Below the pieces are notes generated by a model. That model saw nothing but the letters and a program-made list of their open reading frames with translations. It was not told the origin of the DNA and did no database searches. Below are positions 42,724 to 54,238 of a DNA stretch of 64,000 nucleotides, one piece after another. The position numbers and the translations under genes are program-made. The DNA comes from a virus (lineage: Duplodnaviria > Caudoviricetes). The first letter of the stretch is position 1, and every line of letters begins with the position of its first letter. The DNA is taken from the IMG/VR virus record IMGVR_UViG_2974601178_000001, positions 1 through 64,000 of that record; one strand, 5' to 3'.

Positions 42724-43442
42724 ATGAGAAAACGAGATAAGATTAAAAGTATAACACCTTTTATATTTGGAGCACTTTGGGCAATTGTGTTCTGGTTAAT
42801 GGGAGTCACTACTGAAGGAGGAGATTCACTATTAGTTGTAGGTGGATGGGTAGCTTTGGTGTTAATAAGTGTCCTTGTCACAGATGAAGGTATTGACCTT
42901 TTCGACAAGAACGATAATGAAGAAGATGATTAAATTTTAAGAAGGGGTTATTATGAAACAGTATACTCACGTAAATCAAAATCACATCAGGAAGAATATA
43001 AAACTTCCGCCAGAAGAAAGATTACCTGTTGTGACAAGTAAAACTTATAAAGAAAATAACTATTTCAACAATGCGGAATTAGTTTGCAAAGATACTGGTA
43101 AAGTTGTGGCAAAGGTGGTATATTCTCCTGATAAACCGTTGAGCTGCGGTGCTCGTCTTTTCATACTTACAGATACAGATGATATTGAAATTAGGGAGAT
43201 GACTAATGGTGATAGTTGATATACACTTAAGCAGATTAGGTATTATTTCAGGTGATTCCAAACGTTTATTGGAACCCTATATAGATAGTAGGTTATTTTC
43301 ACAAAGGAAATCTTATGATGAATACACCATTGACACTGATAGTGTTAAAATTAGAATGGACATCAAAGATTTATTTATACTTTCAGAAAAGTTTATTGTC
43401 ACTGTGGGGAATGGTTGGGTAGAATTGGAGGAAATAATTTGA
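42724..43442 (+). CDS. three small hypothetical proteins (42724..42933, 42953..43219, 43206..43442)
   Basis: ORFs with SD; second carries VYSPDKPLSCGAR. Confidence 0.65.
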
Positions 43443-44023
43443 ATAAAAGTTTAATGTTTAGCAGCGACAACCAAAAATGGGCAACTAGAGAAACCTGTTT
43501 TAGAAGCATAGAACAGCAATTAGGACGTTCCTACAATGTTGACCCCTGCTGCGAAGAATCCACCGCAAAATGTAAGTTGTTCATCACACAAGAAGATGAC
43601 TTATTTAAAGTGGATAGTATACGAGAGAAGTTTAACCTTCCTAAAGTGGAAATGTTTGTCAATCCGCCTTATGGAACAATGCAGAAGAAGTTTGTTGAAA
43701 AGGTAATTACTTTGTGTGAAGAAGATAACGTTGTTGCGGATATATTAATTCCTTCTCGCACAGATACACAACTTTTCCACGATGTTATTCTTCCTAAAGC
43801 AAATGCTGTATATTTTATAAAAGGTCGTATCACATTCGGGGATGATGCTTATTGGCAGTGGGTTTGGGAACAAGAATTTATTGATGGAAAGAAGAATTCC
43901 CTTTATCAAAAGTTTGGTAAGATGAATCCAGCACCATTCCCCTCAATGGTAGTGTCTGTTGGTGGAAAGGGTATTTTCCAAATGAGTACATTACAATTAG
44001 AGAAGGAGAAATATGATGGATGA
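43439..44023 (+). CDS. phage N6-adenine DNA methyltransferase
   Basis: W.T, DPC, FVNPPY, PSRTDT, FIKGRITF, APFPS; likely TTG start after SD GGAGG. Confidence 0.88.
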   Translation: MNKSLMFSSDNQKWATRETCFRSIEQQLGRSYNVDPCCEESTAKCKLFITQEDDLFKVDSIREKFNLPKVEMFVNPPYGTMQKKFVEKVITLCEEDNVVADILIPSRTDTQLFHDVILPKANAVYFIKGRITFGDDAYWQWVWEQEFIDGKKNSLYQKFGKMNPAPFPSMVVSVGGKGIFQMSTLQLEKEKYDG

Positions 44024-44375
44024 AGATTCCTTACAAGGACAACTTTCATCAATAGGAAACCTTCTGCACAACATTTGTTGTTCAATAGAAGATGAACAGC
44101 ATCAAGATACCCTTGGAAAAATGGCAACTGACCTCTGGGAATTATCTAAGTTTTATAAGTTAACACCTGAACAAAAACTTCGTGCAAAAGTATGGGACAC
44201 TGTTGCGGAAACAGATATTCGTGAATCGGATATCGACTCTATCACAACGGACATTTTGGAAAGTATGATCCTTTCACATGGACTACTTCCTATGCAAGTG
44301 TTGGAAATTGTGTTGGAGGAATGCCTCACCAAACAGGACGTTTCAGACGCAATTGATTCCCTTATGGTAGGGTAG
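44013..44375 (+). CDS. hypothetical protein
   Basis: Coupled ORF. Confidence 0.65.
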   Translation: MMDEDSLQGQLSSIGNLLHNICCSIEDEQHQDTLGKMATDLWELSKFYKLTPEQKLRAKVWDTVAETDIRESDIDSITTDILESMILSHGLLPMQVLEIVLEECLTKQDVSDAIDSLMVG

Positions 44376-44608
44376 CTTACCTATTATTATAAAAACCTCT
44401 TAGACGTTCTGTTTAAGGGGTTATTTTCGTTTCAAAGGATATATTTATGAATGGGTACAAGGTTGGTGAAGTGGTGGGACGTAAATTGGCAGGGAGTAGA
44501 CTTTTCAAATTGAAATATGTTGGGGAAGTTTATTGCATTGCGGAAAATGTTTCCACTGGTGAAGAATGTGTTATTAAATTGAAGAATTTGAAGAAGCCTA
44601 TCTAAAAT

Positions 44609-44633
44609 AAAAGGGAGCGAAAGCTCCCTTTTT
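44609..44633. terminator. bidirectional terminator
   Basis: AAAAGGGAGC-GAAA-GCTCCCTTTTT between convergent genes. Confidence 0.9.
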
Positions 44634-44645
44634 GCTAGGTGTAAA

Positions 44646-45193
44646 TTATTTAACCTTGTTTGCCTCTCTACGTTTCTTGTTATTTACCCAAACAACACTT
44701 TGCTCAATGTCATATTCCTTTATCAAAGCATTATAACTCTTTTCCAAATCAACATTTGAAACAATACCCTCCCTTTCCATAAAACGAGATACACTTCCTA
44801 AATTAGGGAAAGTTTTGGTTGAAGCTTTATACCAATTACCCGAATCTTCTGCCACCTTGTGATGATGTAGAAGGTAATACCCGTTTTTGTACTCTGTACT
44901 CCATGTTTTATTAATAAACATTATTTAATCTCCTTTTTGTTAAGTTCCCACTTCTTCCAAACGTCATTCATCACTTGTGAATAACTCCTCAAATACTTTT
45001 CCTTATATTGCTCACATTCCCATTCATCACCAACTTCTGCCATGAACAAAGTGTACTCCTCTTCGGGTAAAGTATCCCACTTACTTTCAACCAAAGGGAC
45101 TTCCTTTTTAGGAGGAGCACCCTTCCTCGCATCTTCTTTCATCTTATCCGCAAAAGCTTGTAATTCTACTAAAGCTTCCTCTACACTAGACAT
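44646..45193 (-). CDS. two hypothetical proteins (44646..44921, 44921..45193)
   Basis: Divergent promoter near 45.25 kb; SD AGGAG. Confidence 0.7.
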
Positions 45194-45333
45194 ATATTCT
45201 CCTTTTGTTAATATTAATCTTTATTGTAACAGGTAACACCTTTATGTCAACAGGGAAATACTTTTAGACAAGGTGTTGACTTGCGGAAATATTAGTGTAG
45301 AATTGAGGTTTATTGTTAATGAGAGGAGATGTT

Positions 45334-46887
45334 ATGAGTTATAACTCGGAGAAGTTGGGGCAAGTGTTAAGTAGATTACCTTTTACTCTGACAGAGGAAC
45401 AAGATTTCTTCGTGAGGGATTTTATTAAAGGAGAAGGTCATGGGGTATTATTAGGTGATCAGGGTTCGGGGAAGAGTACTGTAATGGAAGTTTTAGCAGA
45501 ATATTATCAAGATGAGATACTATTTGGAGGTAGTAGTGGTGTGGCTACAGTTAACCTACCTAATAATATTGGGGCAGCCACAGGCCACAAGATGTTAAAG
45601 TTGTCGGTAGGAGAGGCAATAGAAGCTGACTACAAAAAATCGGCAATAGCAACTTTAACCAAGAGTGATATGATTAAAATTATAGTTTTAGATGAAGCCT
45701 TCTGCTATACAAGTCAAGATCTCGACCAGATGCTTAATCAGATTAGAAAATTGAATAAATCCACAGCTAAAAGGGGTATGCGAAATATAAGGTTACTTTT
45801 AGTGGGAGATTGTCTACAAAGATTACCTATAGTAGAGGATCACTTGAAGGTTAAGATGGAAGAAAAATTCGGACACTACCTGATGTTTAAAAGTTGGGTT
45901 TGGAAAAGGTTCAATGCTAAATCTTATGTGCTGCAAGTTAATAAGAGGCAAGATGGAAACTCTCCCAAAGATATATGGTTCAAGAAAGCACTGTACGTAC
46001 TTCGTTATGGAGTAGAACAGCATTACGACAAAGTATTAGAAGGGTTGAACAAATTGGTGGTTGGTGATGATTACGAGGAAGGTAGCTTATACCTTGCCCC
46101 CACTAACTCTGCTGTGAACGCATACAATAATGCTTACTTACAAACCAATCCTAACGAAAAATTTACCTTTACTGTAGAGTTCGATAAGAAATACGATAAA
46201 AAGGATTTTCCTATGGAGAAGGAAGTTACTCTTGCAGAAGGTTGTAAAGTTATTGCTTTGGTAAACAATGAGGATGGTGGTTATCAAAACGGAACAGAAG
46301 TGACTATTAAGAGTATCTTACCTAACGAGGGGGTTGTTGGTTTAAAAGAAGACGGTAGTGAAATATTCATAGAATTGCACGAATTTAAACAAGAGGAAAT
46401 AGTGGCGGTGGAAGCTACCCCAGAGAGTTTGAAGACGTATGATGTAGTAAACAAGTTATCAGAGGAAGATATTCTTTCGGAAGAAGGACAAGAGTCTTTA
46501 ACCAGAGAAGCCCTAAATAAACTTTACTCTACTAAAGTAAAGAATAAAATACTTGTACAAGAGAGGCAGCACATAGCGAGTGCTTTCATGTTACCTTGTA
46601 AACTAAGTGCAGGTTATGTGATAGCCCGTTCGCAAGGTAAGACGTTTAATAGAAAAGGGTTGATTGATGTAGGAGAACCAAATAAAGATTACTTTTACAC
46701 TTGGAGTAAAATGCCAGACTACATGGTAGCTGGTCTGTTTGTAGCTTTAGGTAGGTTTACTAGTATTGACCATATCCAGCTAGTACGTCCTATAGAAAAG
46801 AAGCATATAAAAGTTTGCCGAGATTCTGTAAACTTCTGGTGGAAATGCGTTGACGAGTTTAATAAAATGAGAGGTTGTAATGACTAA
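45334..46887 (+). CDS. SF1B helicase (Pif1/RecD-like)
   Basis: GDQGSGKST, VLDEA, VGDCLQRLP, NKRQ, YQNG, RSQGKT, VALGR. Confidence 0.9.
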   Translation: MSYNSEKLGQVLSRLPFTLTEEQDFFVRDFIKGEGHGVLLGDQGSGKSTVMEVLAEYYQDEILFGGSSGVATVNLPNNIGAATGHKMLKLSVGEAIEADYKKSAIATLTKSDMIKIIVLDEAFCYTSQDLDQMLNQIRKLNKSTAKRGMRNIRLLLVGDCLQRLPIVEDHLKVKMEEKFGHYLMFKSWVWKRFNAKSYVLQVNKRQDGNSPKDIWFKKALYVLRYGVEQHYDKVLEGLNKLVVGDDYEEGSLYLAPTNSAVNAYNNAYLQTNPNEKFTFTVEFDKKYDKKDFPMEKEVTLAEGCKVIALVNNEDGGYQNGTEVTIKSILPNEGVVGLKEDGSEIFIELHEFKQEEIVAVEATPESLKTYDVVNKLSEEDILSEEGQESLTREALNKLYSTKVKNKILVQERQHIASAFMLPCKLSAGYVIARSQGKTFNRKGLIDVGEPNKDYFYTWSKMPDYMVAGLFVALGRFTSIDHIQLVRPIEKKHIKVCRDSVNFWWKCVDEFNKMRGCND

Positions 46888-47692
46888 AAGAAAGAAGAGT
46901 AAAATTTATCCTGATGGGAGTAAGTGGTTGCAAAATAATGGATGTTACTTGGAAGTGGTAGAATTTCTAGGTAATGGGTCTTTTATGGTTAAGTTCGAGG
47001 ACAGTCCTGTATTTAAAGCTGATGCCAAAGAGTTTAGAAAAGGGGTAGTTAAGAATAAAAATAAACCTCAGGTATACAATGTAGGGTACATGGGGTATGG
47101 AGAGTTTATGTCCAAAAACTCTTCTAAAAAGCATACACCTGAGTACGAGGTATGGAGGGGAGTGATTCGAAGATGTTATGATGAAAATGCGACTAGTTAC
47201 AATATCTATGGAGGAAAAGGAGTTACTGTTTGCAAAGAATGGCACAACTTCCAAAATTTTGCCCAATGGTATACAAGTTTACCTAATTACAATAAAGGTT
47301 TCAATCTTGATAAGGACTTACTGGATAAAAGCAACATAACATATTCACCAGAAAAATGTACCCTTGTACCTACTTCGGTAAATTCACTTTTCACAGGAGG
47401 TTTTAAAACTATAGTATTCCTGAGACGAGATAAATGGGTTGTTCAAATGCAGATGGGTGAAAAGTGTCTCAATGGTAATAAACGCCAATCTTACTTTGGA
47501 GAATATCATGACCGAGATGAGGCAATAGAAGTTTACTTTGAAAATAAGATTAAACATGTTATAAGTGTTGCCAATAAAGAAAAGGAAAATCTTGATGAAA
47601 TGGTTTATCTGAATTTAACTAACCCTGCTTGGATAAGAGAATACATCGAAGAATTAACACTTTCTCACAAGGACAATGGAGAAGAAGAATGA
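46880..47692 (+). CDS. HNH homing endonuclease
   Basis: W.GVIRRCY, YGGKGVTVCKEW.NFQNF, LDKD, YSPEKC. Confidence 0.88.
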   Translation: MTKRKKSKIYPDGSKWLQNNGCYLEVVEFLGNGSFMVKFEDSPVFKADAKEFRKGVVKNKNKPQVYNVGYMGYGEFMSKNSSKKHTPEYEVWRGVIRRCYDENATSYNIYGGKGVTVCKEWHNFQNFAQWYTSLPNYNKGFNLDKDLLDKSNITYSPEKCTLVPTSVNSLFTGGFKTIVFLRRDKWVVQMQMGEKCLNGNKRQSYFGEYHDRDEAIEVYFENKIKHVISVANKEKENLDEMVYLNLTNPAWIREYIEELTLSHKDNGEEE

Positions 47693-48099
47693 AACTAATC
47701 ATCGCAGGAGGAAGAACCTTTTCAAATTTTGAATATGGTTTCAAATGTATTGACTACATGACAAAAGATACTCCTAAATCCGAAATAACCATCATTTGCG
47801 GCAAGGCCGCAGGTGGTGACACTTGCGGAGAAGAGTGGTACAAACTTCACAAAGAAGATGGTGTGCAAATAGAATACTTTGTCCCAAAGTGGGATGACAC
47901 TTCCGCACCAGACGCTGTTATTAAAATTAATAAATTTGGGAAAGAGTACAATGCTAAAGCAGGAATGGATCGTAATCACGCAATGGGAGACACTGCCACA
48001 CATTTGATTGCCTTTTGGGATAATAATTCTCGTGGTACAAAAGATATGATAAATTACATGACAAAACTGGGTAAACCTATTAAAGTGTTTGAATATTAG
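47689..48099 (+). CDS. SLOG-family (YspA/DUF2493-like) protein
   Basis: LIIAGGRTF, G.A.GGD, AGMDRN, AFWD..SRGT..M. Confidence 0.85.
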   Translation: MKLIIAGGRTFSNFEYGFKCIDYMTKDTPKSEITIICGKAAGGDTCGEEWYKLHKEDGVQIEYFVPKWDDTSAPDAVIKINKFGKEYNAKAGMDRNHAMGDTATHLIAFWDNNSRGTKDMINYMTKLGKPIKVFEY

Positions 48100-48113
48100 G
48101 AAAGGAGATATTA

Positions 48114-51100
48114 ATGTTAAAAGAGATGAAATGTAATTGTGGCTTACCCGTGAGATACTCCCACGGAGCTAAAGGGGATTCTTGTAATAAGTACACTGTA
48201 TGTCCTACGTATGACCAATTGTTAGAAGAAAACCAAAAACTTCAAAAACAATTGTACTGGTACAGGTATTCCGTTAATCAAATTGATGACTATTTCGAAT
48301 ACAGAAATGAATCATTAAAAGACAGGAAGAAGGTTCACCAATTATTAGGTAACCTTACAGATAAACTCGTTTAAATTGAGGAGTAAACCAATGGATAAAG
48401 AAAAATGTGTTGAAATTATACATAGTACTATATCTAAAGTACTGTTCACCACTGAAGAGTTTAATTTAACAGATAGTAGGATATTACTAGAAGTTTTAAT
48501 AAAAGAAGGTTACATTAAGGAAACAGTTTTCAAAGGAGAACAATAATGAATAAAATTTATAACTTAACCGAAGGGGATTGGACTAATGCATCAGAGGATG
48601 TCAATGAAATTGTTTACCAATATTTAGAAAATTACCCTAAAGAGGAATTGATCGCCACCAAGAGTGTATTCCTTTACGAAGGTGTTCCTGTTCAAAAGTA
48701 CATGTCCGATTATATCGATGTGGATTACATATTGGATATGGCAGAGAGCAACGCTTGTGATGAAGTGGGTGAATTTGCGGAAGGGTGGTTAGATTATGTC
48801 ACCACACCTCAACGGGATGAATTGGCAGAAATGATCACCTTGTGGGCAAATAAGAACCACCTTCAACCAAAGTTTCAACATGTTGATGAGGTAGAGGAAA
48901 TTGAGGTGGAAGTGGATGAAATTATCCGCAATGAATTATTAAAACTTTTAGAAGGGGAATAATAATGTTCAAAAGTAAAAGACGTTTAGAATTGGAGAAA
49001 GCGGAAGATGAGTTGCACCTTCTTAAAAATGAAATTCGTGAAATGATGTACTGGTGTGCAGCAGATTCTCCTGAAATAGGGTTTGCCATGAGAAGACTCC
49101 TTGGAGAAGATATTCACGAAGTAGGTATTAGTTGTTGGAGAGATAAACTTCGTAAGGGTGTATTCACTTGGGAAGAATATGTACGCCCTACTCCACCTAA
49201 ACCACCTGAGAATCGTATCGTCCATAACGGTAAAATTTTGAGTGAATAATACTTGACTTAAAGAACACTCTTGGGATAATATCATCCAAAAGAGAAATAT
49301 ACTTTACTTTAGAAACACTGGATAGGAGAAATATTATGAAAGAATTAGATTTAACAGGTGCAAAATTATTAAAACTTTGGTTACGAATGGGATACTATGA
49401 TTATCAGCTTTCTGGTGAAAAGGATATTTGCACCCTTGTAAGAATGTGTTTGAAAAGTGGTTTATGTGGAGCGGGTTATTTAGTGGTGATTAGTATTTTA
49501 CTTGCGGGGGTGGTTGCTTCACTTTGGGCAGGGTATTTGATGTTCTCATTTTTAACATTGTACTTACCAGAAGCTTACTATGCCCCTGTGGATGATATAC
49601 TATTCAGTTACATACTCTTACCTGTGCTAAGTGGAATCGCTTTAGTAGGTTTCACTTCGGAAGTGTGCCAAGGTAAAAGAAACTTTACCCCAGAATATAT
49701 GAAACGTCCACTAAGGAAACTTTTCAAAAATAGTACATCTTCTACGGAAGAAAACATTGTTAAAGAAAAGACACCATCTAAAACGTGGATTGCCATTAAG
49801 GAAATGTATCGTAGTGTGAAAGATAAAACTTGTATCAAGGTGAGATTATGAGTAAAAAGAACCCTCCTAAAAATAGAGACTTTCTCGGATTAGTTAAATC
49901 TGGTGAGAATGTTTATTGGGACATATTCTTCTATGGCAGAAAGGAGGACGGTCTTAGAAAAGCTGAATTTGTTGATAGAGGTTTGTTCTCTATGCCACCA
50001 CTTATACGTTGGGAAGAAATGCCTATTATAAAGGAATCAGATTATGATAAATAACATTAGAATCAAGAATCAACCTCTGTTCAAAGAGTTAACTTTTCAT
50101 GAACAGGAGATGAAACCTTTTGTGTTGAAGTTTTCTGTGCCCTATAATCATCGTAATCTTTATGTCGATAGTACATCACACTCAGAAGTGTTATCAACAC
50201 CTTTTGAATATAAAATCCTTGAGGAAGTGTTCAACTATGAACCAAATTCAAACATTTTTACAAAGGAAGAAACTGAGAGTAAGTTACGAGAGATATCGCA
50301 TGTTTTATCAGCAGCATCTGAAATTGTAAAAGTGATGTCTCTAGATGAAGTGGAATTTATTGAAGTGGACAAAGAAACTTTTGATAAGTGGCTTACATTT
50401 CGGGAATGGTATTATATTGTAGGAGAAGGTTTATGAGAACAGAGAAAATATTGAGACGTGAAGATGGTTCCCGTGTTAAAATTATAGTAGAGTACCATAT
50501 AGAACGTTATATGCAAAAACAAGGATACAGAACGCTAGTATTCACTTGTGAGAAAGGTAAACGCACTTGGAAACCTAGTTTCGATGAAGATTGTTACAGA
50601 TACCGCACATTAAGTATGGAAGATCGTAAAGTTTTTGAAGAGGAGTCTAAGTTGAATCATGTCACGGAAGAAGAATTATTGGATGCAAAAATACTCTTAT
50701 GGCAGAGGATGAAACCTGATTAAAGTGTTAATCACTATTTAACAAGAGGAGGAATTGAACATGAGTTATATACTTTTGACAATGGCTGTTGTAACATATA
50801 TCCTACTTCAAAAGATTAAGTTTAAAAATATGGAAATGGAAGCTTATAGGTCAGAGGATCAAGGTTGTTACGATGTAAATCTTGGAAGAAGGAATTTCAC
50901 TTTTGATAATGGCAATGTCAGGTCAAGAAGGGCTTGCCGTAAACGAAAGGTAATTGCACATTTTGAAAGTATTGAAGATTCAGGGAACATGGATTGGAAA
51001 ACTAAGTGGAAAGTTTATAGAGGGTACTAATATGAAAGATTTTAACAGTTTTACAAAAGAACTAGTGGAAACAAAGAATAAACTGGGCAGCATGGAGACA

Positions 51101-52385
51101 ACACTTAACGAACTTTGCGATTTTCTAAATAATGTTACCCACTTATGTATAGACGGAGAAGACTTATCATATTATAATCCATTTTCTAAAGGTTATAATG
51201 AAACAGTGGATAGCTGGGGTGTAGGTGACAACAATATCACAGTGGCGCTCTCTTACCACGATTCTTATGACGATTATGAAACACATTCAAGAATGGAGAT
51301 ACCTTCTGAAATAGTAGACCTTTTTCTCAGTAAGGATAAGGCTGCAAGTGAGGATACTATCACCAAAGAAGTGCTACGTTTGTGCAAAGATAGTAAGGAT
51401 AGGGAAGAGTATTTATTTTTAGAAGGTTTGAAATCTTCTGCTAAAGAGTTGGGTTATGTTTTGGTGAGGGAAGACTTATGAAATATAAAGTGATAAGTTT
51501 CACCCAAAGGGAATGCCCCCAAAGGGAGAGTATTTTCAATGTGTTGATCGGAGAATATACTATAAAATCTTTATGTGGTGGGTACGTTAAGATAATAGGA
51601 CATAATGAGTACGAAAAAGGTATTGAAGAAGATGGATATATCAATTTTTATGGTGTTCAGGCTTTAGAAAGGGTTATTACACGGTTGACTAAGATTGGGA
51701 TTGAGCTAGAGTTGATTGGTAATGTACCTTGGGTGTACTTAAGAAGTGTAAATGGTATTCCTGTGACTGAGAAGAAGAATGCGAGACATGGTTACTGTGT
51801 AGATTACATGATAGGCAAAAGGCATCTGAATTTTAGGAAAGATTTATTTGCTAAGGTGAGAGAGTTGGTGAAGGAGAAAATATGAAAACTCTAATCTACC
51901 GAGTAGAGGATAAATTTGGTAAAGGGTACAGTGGAGATTTTGAATATAGCTTATCCTCAGAAATAAACAACTTCACCAAACTAGGTGTTCACATGTGCCA
52001 TGTAGATGAAGATACCTACATGAGGAAACGTCCTCGTCCAGAAGATGATAACATTTTTAACATAGAGGAACACCACTTATTCGGATTCACTTCACATTCA
52101 CAAATTGTATCTTGGTTTGGTGAAGAACAATTGGTACTGGGTAAATTACTTGGTGGAAAAATAGTGATCTATGAAGTGGACGGCTCTAGTGTGAAAAGAG
52201 GTGATTGCCAAGCAGTGTTCGATAGCCGTTGTACTAAATTGGTGTCCTCTTATGAAATGGATTACTTTCTGGAAGATAGTGTAAGAGAAAGTTTATTTGA
52301 TTTCAAAGAAGAAGTGGAAGACTCTTTAGAATGTGATATGGAAATTCCAGAAGGGTTGCTGTTTTTGATAGAGGAGGTAATATGA
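48114..52385 (+). CDS. run of about 12 hypothetical proteins (48114..48374, 48546..48962, 48965..49249, 49336..49851, 49830..50054, 50044..50436, ~50433..50723, 50755..51030, ~51032..51481, 51478..51885, 51882..52385)
   Basis: Coupled ORFs with SD motifs; no function recognised. Confidence 0.7.
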
Positions 52386-52765
52386 AAAACAAAAAACACA
52401 AGATATAATAGCACTTGCACAAGATTTACTTTATTTAAAAGGGGAATTTGAAGGAGAGAATAAACTTTACGGAAGTTGTCCTGATGGGTATGTGACACTT
52501 GATGCAATTATTGAATATTGCAAAGAGAATGACTACCTTTTGGAACATGTGATTAAGGTTGCGAGGCAGGTGCATAAATTTTGATTAAGAGTGTTGACAT
52601 ACATTTTTATAAAAGTTAATATACTTGCATAAAATATATTTAAGAGGAGGAAAAGTATTATGAATATTGTAAAAAAGGTGTTATCCTTGTTTTCAAAGGG
52701 TGTTGATTGGACTGATGTGGTACGTGATTGTGTTAAGTAATTTAGAATAAAGGAGGTGGTTTATT

Positions 52766-53287
52766 TTGAGCAATGTTAATGATAAAGTTATGACACCAGA
52801 TTTTATAGTGGACGAGGTATTAGAAGAGTTTGGGTATCTTATAGGACAACAAGAGTCTATACTAGAACCTTTTCTAGGAGAAGGGGCGTTCTACAATAAA
52901 CTGTTAAATTACAGTGAAGATGTATCTTGGTGTGAGATAGATAAGGGTGTGGACTTTCTAGATTATAAAGGTAAAGATGATTGGATTATAACTAACCCTC
53001 CCTATTCCGTGTTTAAACAGATGCTACCTAAAATGCTAGAGGTTTCTGATAATGTGGTTATGGTGATACCATTGAATAAACTGATGTCTAGTATGCCAAG
53101 GTTAATGGATGTGGAAAGGGCAGGTTTCGGTATCAAGAGGCTGCATTATCTTGGTAGTGGCAGGCAGCTTAAGTTCCCTTTCGGGTTCCCTGTGGCAGCT
53201 ATTTACGTCAAGAAAGGTTATAAGGGTGATACAAAGATTACATACGCTAAAAGGTGTCTGGATGCGAAGAGAAAAAGGGAAGGTTAG
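52766..53287 (+). CDS. second amino-methyltransferase (N6-adenine type)
   Basis: MTP, ILEPFLGEGAF, CEID, DFL, ITNPPYS. Confidence 0.88.
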   Translation: MSNVNDKVMTPDFIVDEVLEEFGYLIGQQESILEPFLGEGAFYNKLLNYSEDVSWCEIDKGVDFLDYKGKDDWIITNPPYSVFKQMLPKMLEVSDNVVMVIPLNKLMSSMPRLMDVERAGFGIKRLHYLGSGRQLKFPFGFPVAAIYVKKGYKGDTKITYAKRCLDAKRKREG

Positions 53288-53306
53288 ATAACATTGTGTA
53301 AAAGAT

Positions 53307-53330
53307 GCCCTCTTTATTGAGGGCTTTTTT
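53307..53330 (+). terminator. intrinsic terminator
   Basis: GCCCTC...GAGGGC plus T-run. Confidence 0.75.
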
Positions 53331-53348
53331 CTTTGTAGAAGGGTTTTG

Positions 53349-53909
53349 TTAGAAACAATAGGGTGGGATGTAAAGGGACTCGTCTTCGTTGATGTTATCT
53401 TCTTTGGTGAAATCGTAACCTCTTCCCACCAAATCTTTGCCTTCTAAACGGTAATGGTCTCCACACCATTTAAGAGGTAGTTGCGTAGGGAAAGTTAAAT
53501 GAGATAAACCTTCATAATTAGGTGAACGTTTAACCCACACAAGCGGATTATCTCCTTCTTCAACCAAGTAACTTTCTTGCTCTTCTCCTTCCCTTTCATA
53601 TTCCCACTTAATCTGTAAGTCCTCTACTGCAGCAAGGTATAATTCTTCTGTAATCCTAGGCTTCACAACATTACAAGGCGGATTTTCTGAATGTATAAGT
53701 TGAGCTTCTCTTAACTTAGCTCTGTTCTCTGAAATACCCGAAACAAATTTATGACCAAAAAGTTCAACACCTTCAAAGAATTTAGCGTTTAGTAAAGAAC
53801 TAGAACTACATCCTGTTAGATGAGTATCCATCCTTGACCCTTTACCCTTTCCTACATAAAGCAGTTTTTCATCTGAGAATATACCATATACATAATACTC
53901 ATTATTCAT
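53349..53909 (-). CDS. GIY-YIG superfamily nuclease
   Basis: YYVY...YVGKG.G.R..H, E..LI....P..N. Confidence 0.8.
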   Translation of the reverse strand: MNNEYYVYGIFSDEKLLYVGKGKGSRMDTHLTGCSSSSLLNAKFFEGVELFGHKFVSGISENRAKLREAQLIHSENPPCNVVKPRITEELYLAAVEDLQIKWEYEREGEEQESYLVEEGDNPLVWVKRSPNYEGLSHLTFPTQLPLKWCGDHYRLEGKDLVGRGYDFTKEDNINEDESLYIPPYCF

Positions 53910-53910
53910 T

Positions 53911-54237
53911 TTATTCTCCTTGTTGACATTTCTTAGCTGCTAGATAAACCCCTTGACGAGTTATATCAATACCTAATTCCTCTTTTATCATATCCACTGC
54001 ACCAACAGCTCCATATTTATCACGGTAATACTTAGCTACACTGGGTTCAATCTTCCTACTTTTGCTAAACTTCTTACGAAAAGCATTTATCCATTCCAAC
54101 AAACTATCGTACCTACCTTCTAAATTATTATCCTTGAACCAGCAGTATTTAATACCTACTTCTGTTAGGCTGTAGTCCATAGCTAAACAATACTTTTCTA
54201 AATCTTCATAACTTGTTGCATCTGTTATCTTCTTCAT
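53911..54237 (-). CDS. hypothetical protein with C-terminal HTH-like motif
   Basis: IKEELGIDITRQGVY. Confidence 0.55.
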   Translation of the reverse strand: MKKITDATSYEDLEKYCLAMDYSLTEVGIKYCWFKDNNLEGRYDSLLEWINAFRKKFSKSRKIEPSVAKYYRDKYGAVGAVDMIKEELGIDITRQGVYLAAKKCQQGE

Positions 54238-54238
54238 G

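Noticed and set aside
51882-52385. ADP-ribosyltransferase-like call for the YRVE...FGFTS protein
   Set aside because: Only a faint resemblance; needs a structure search.
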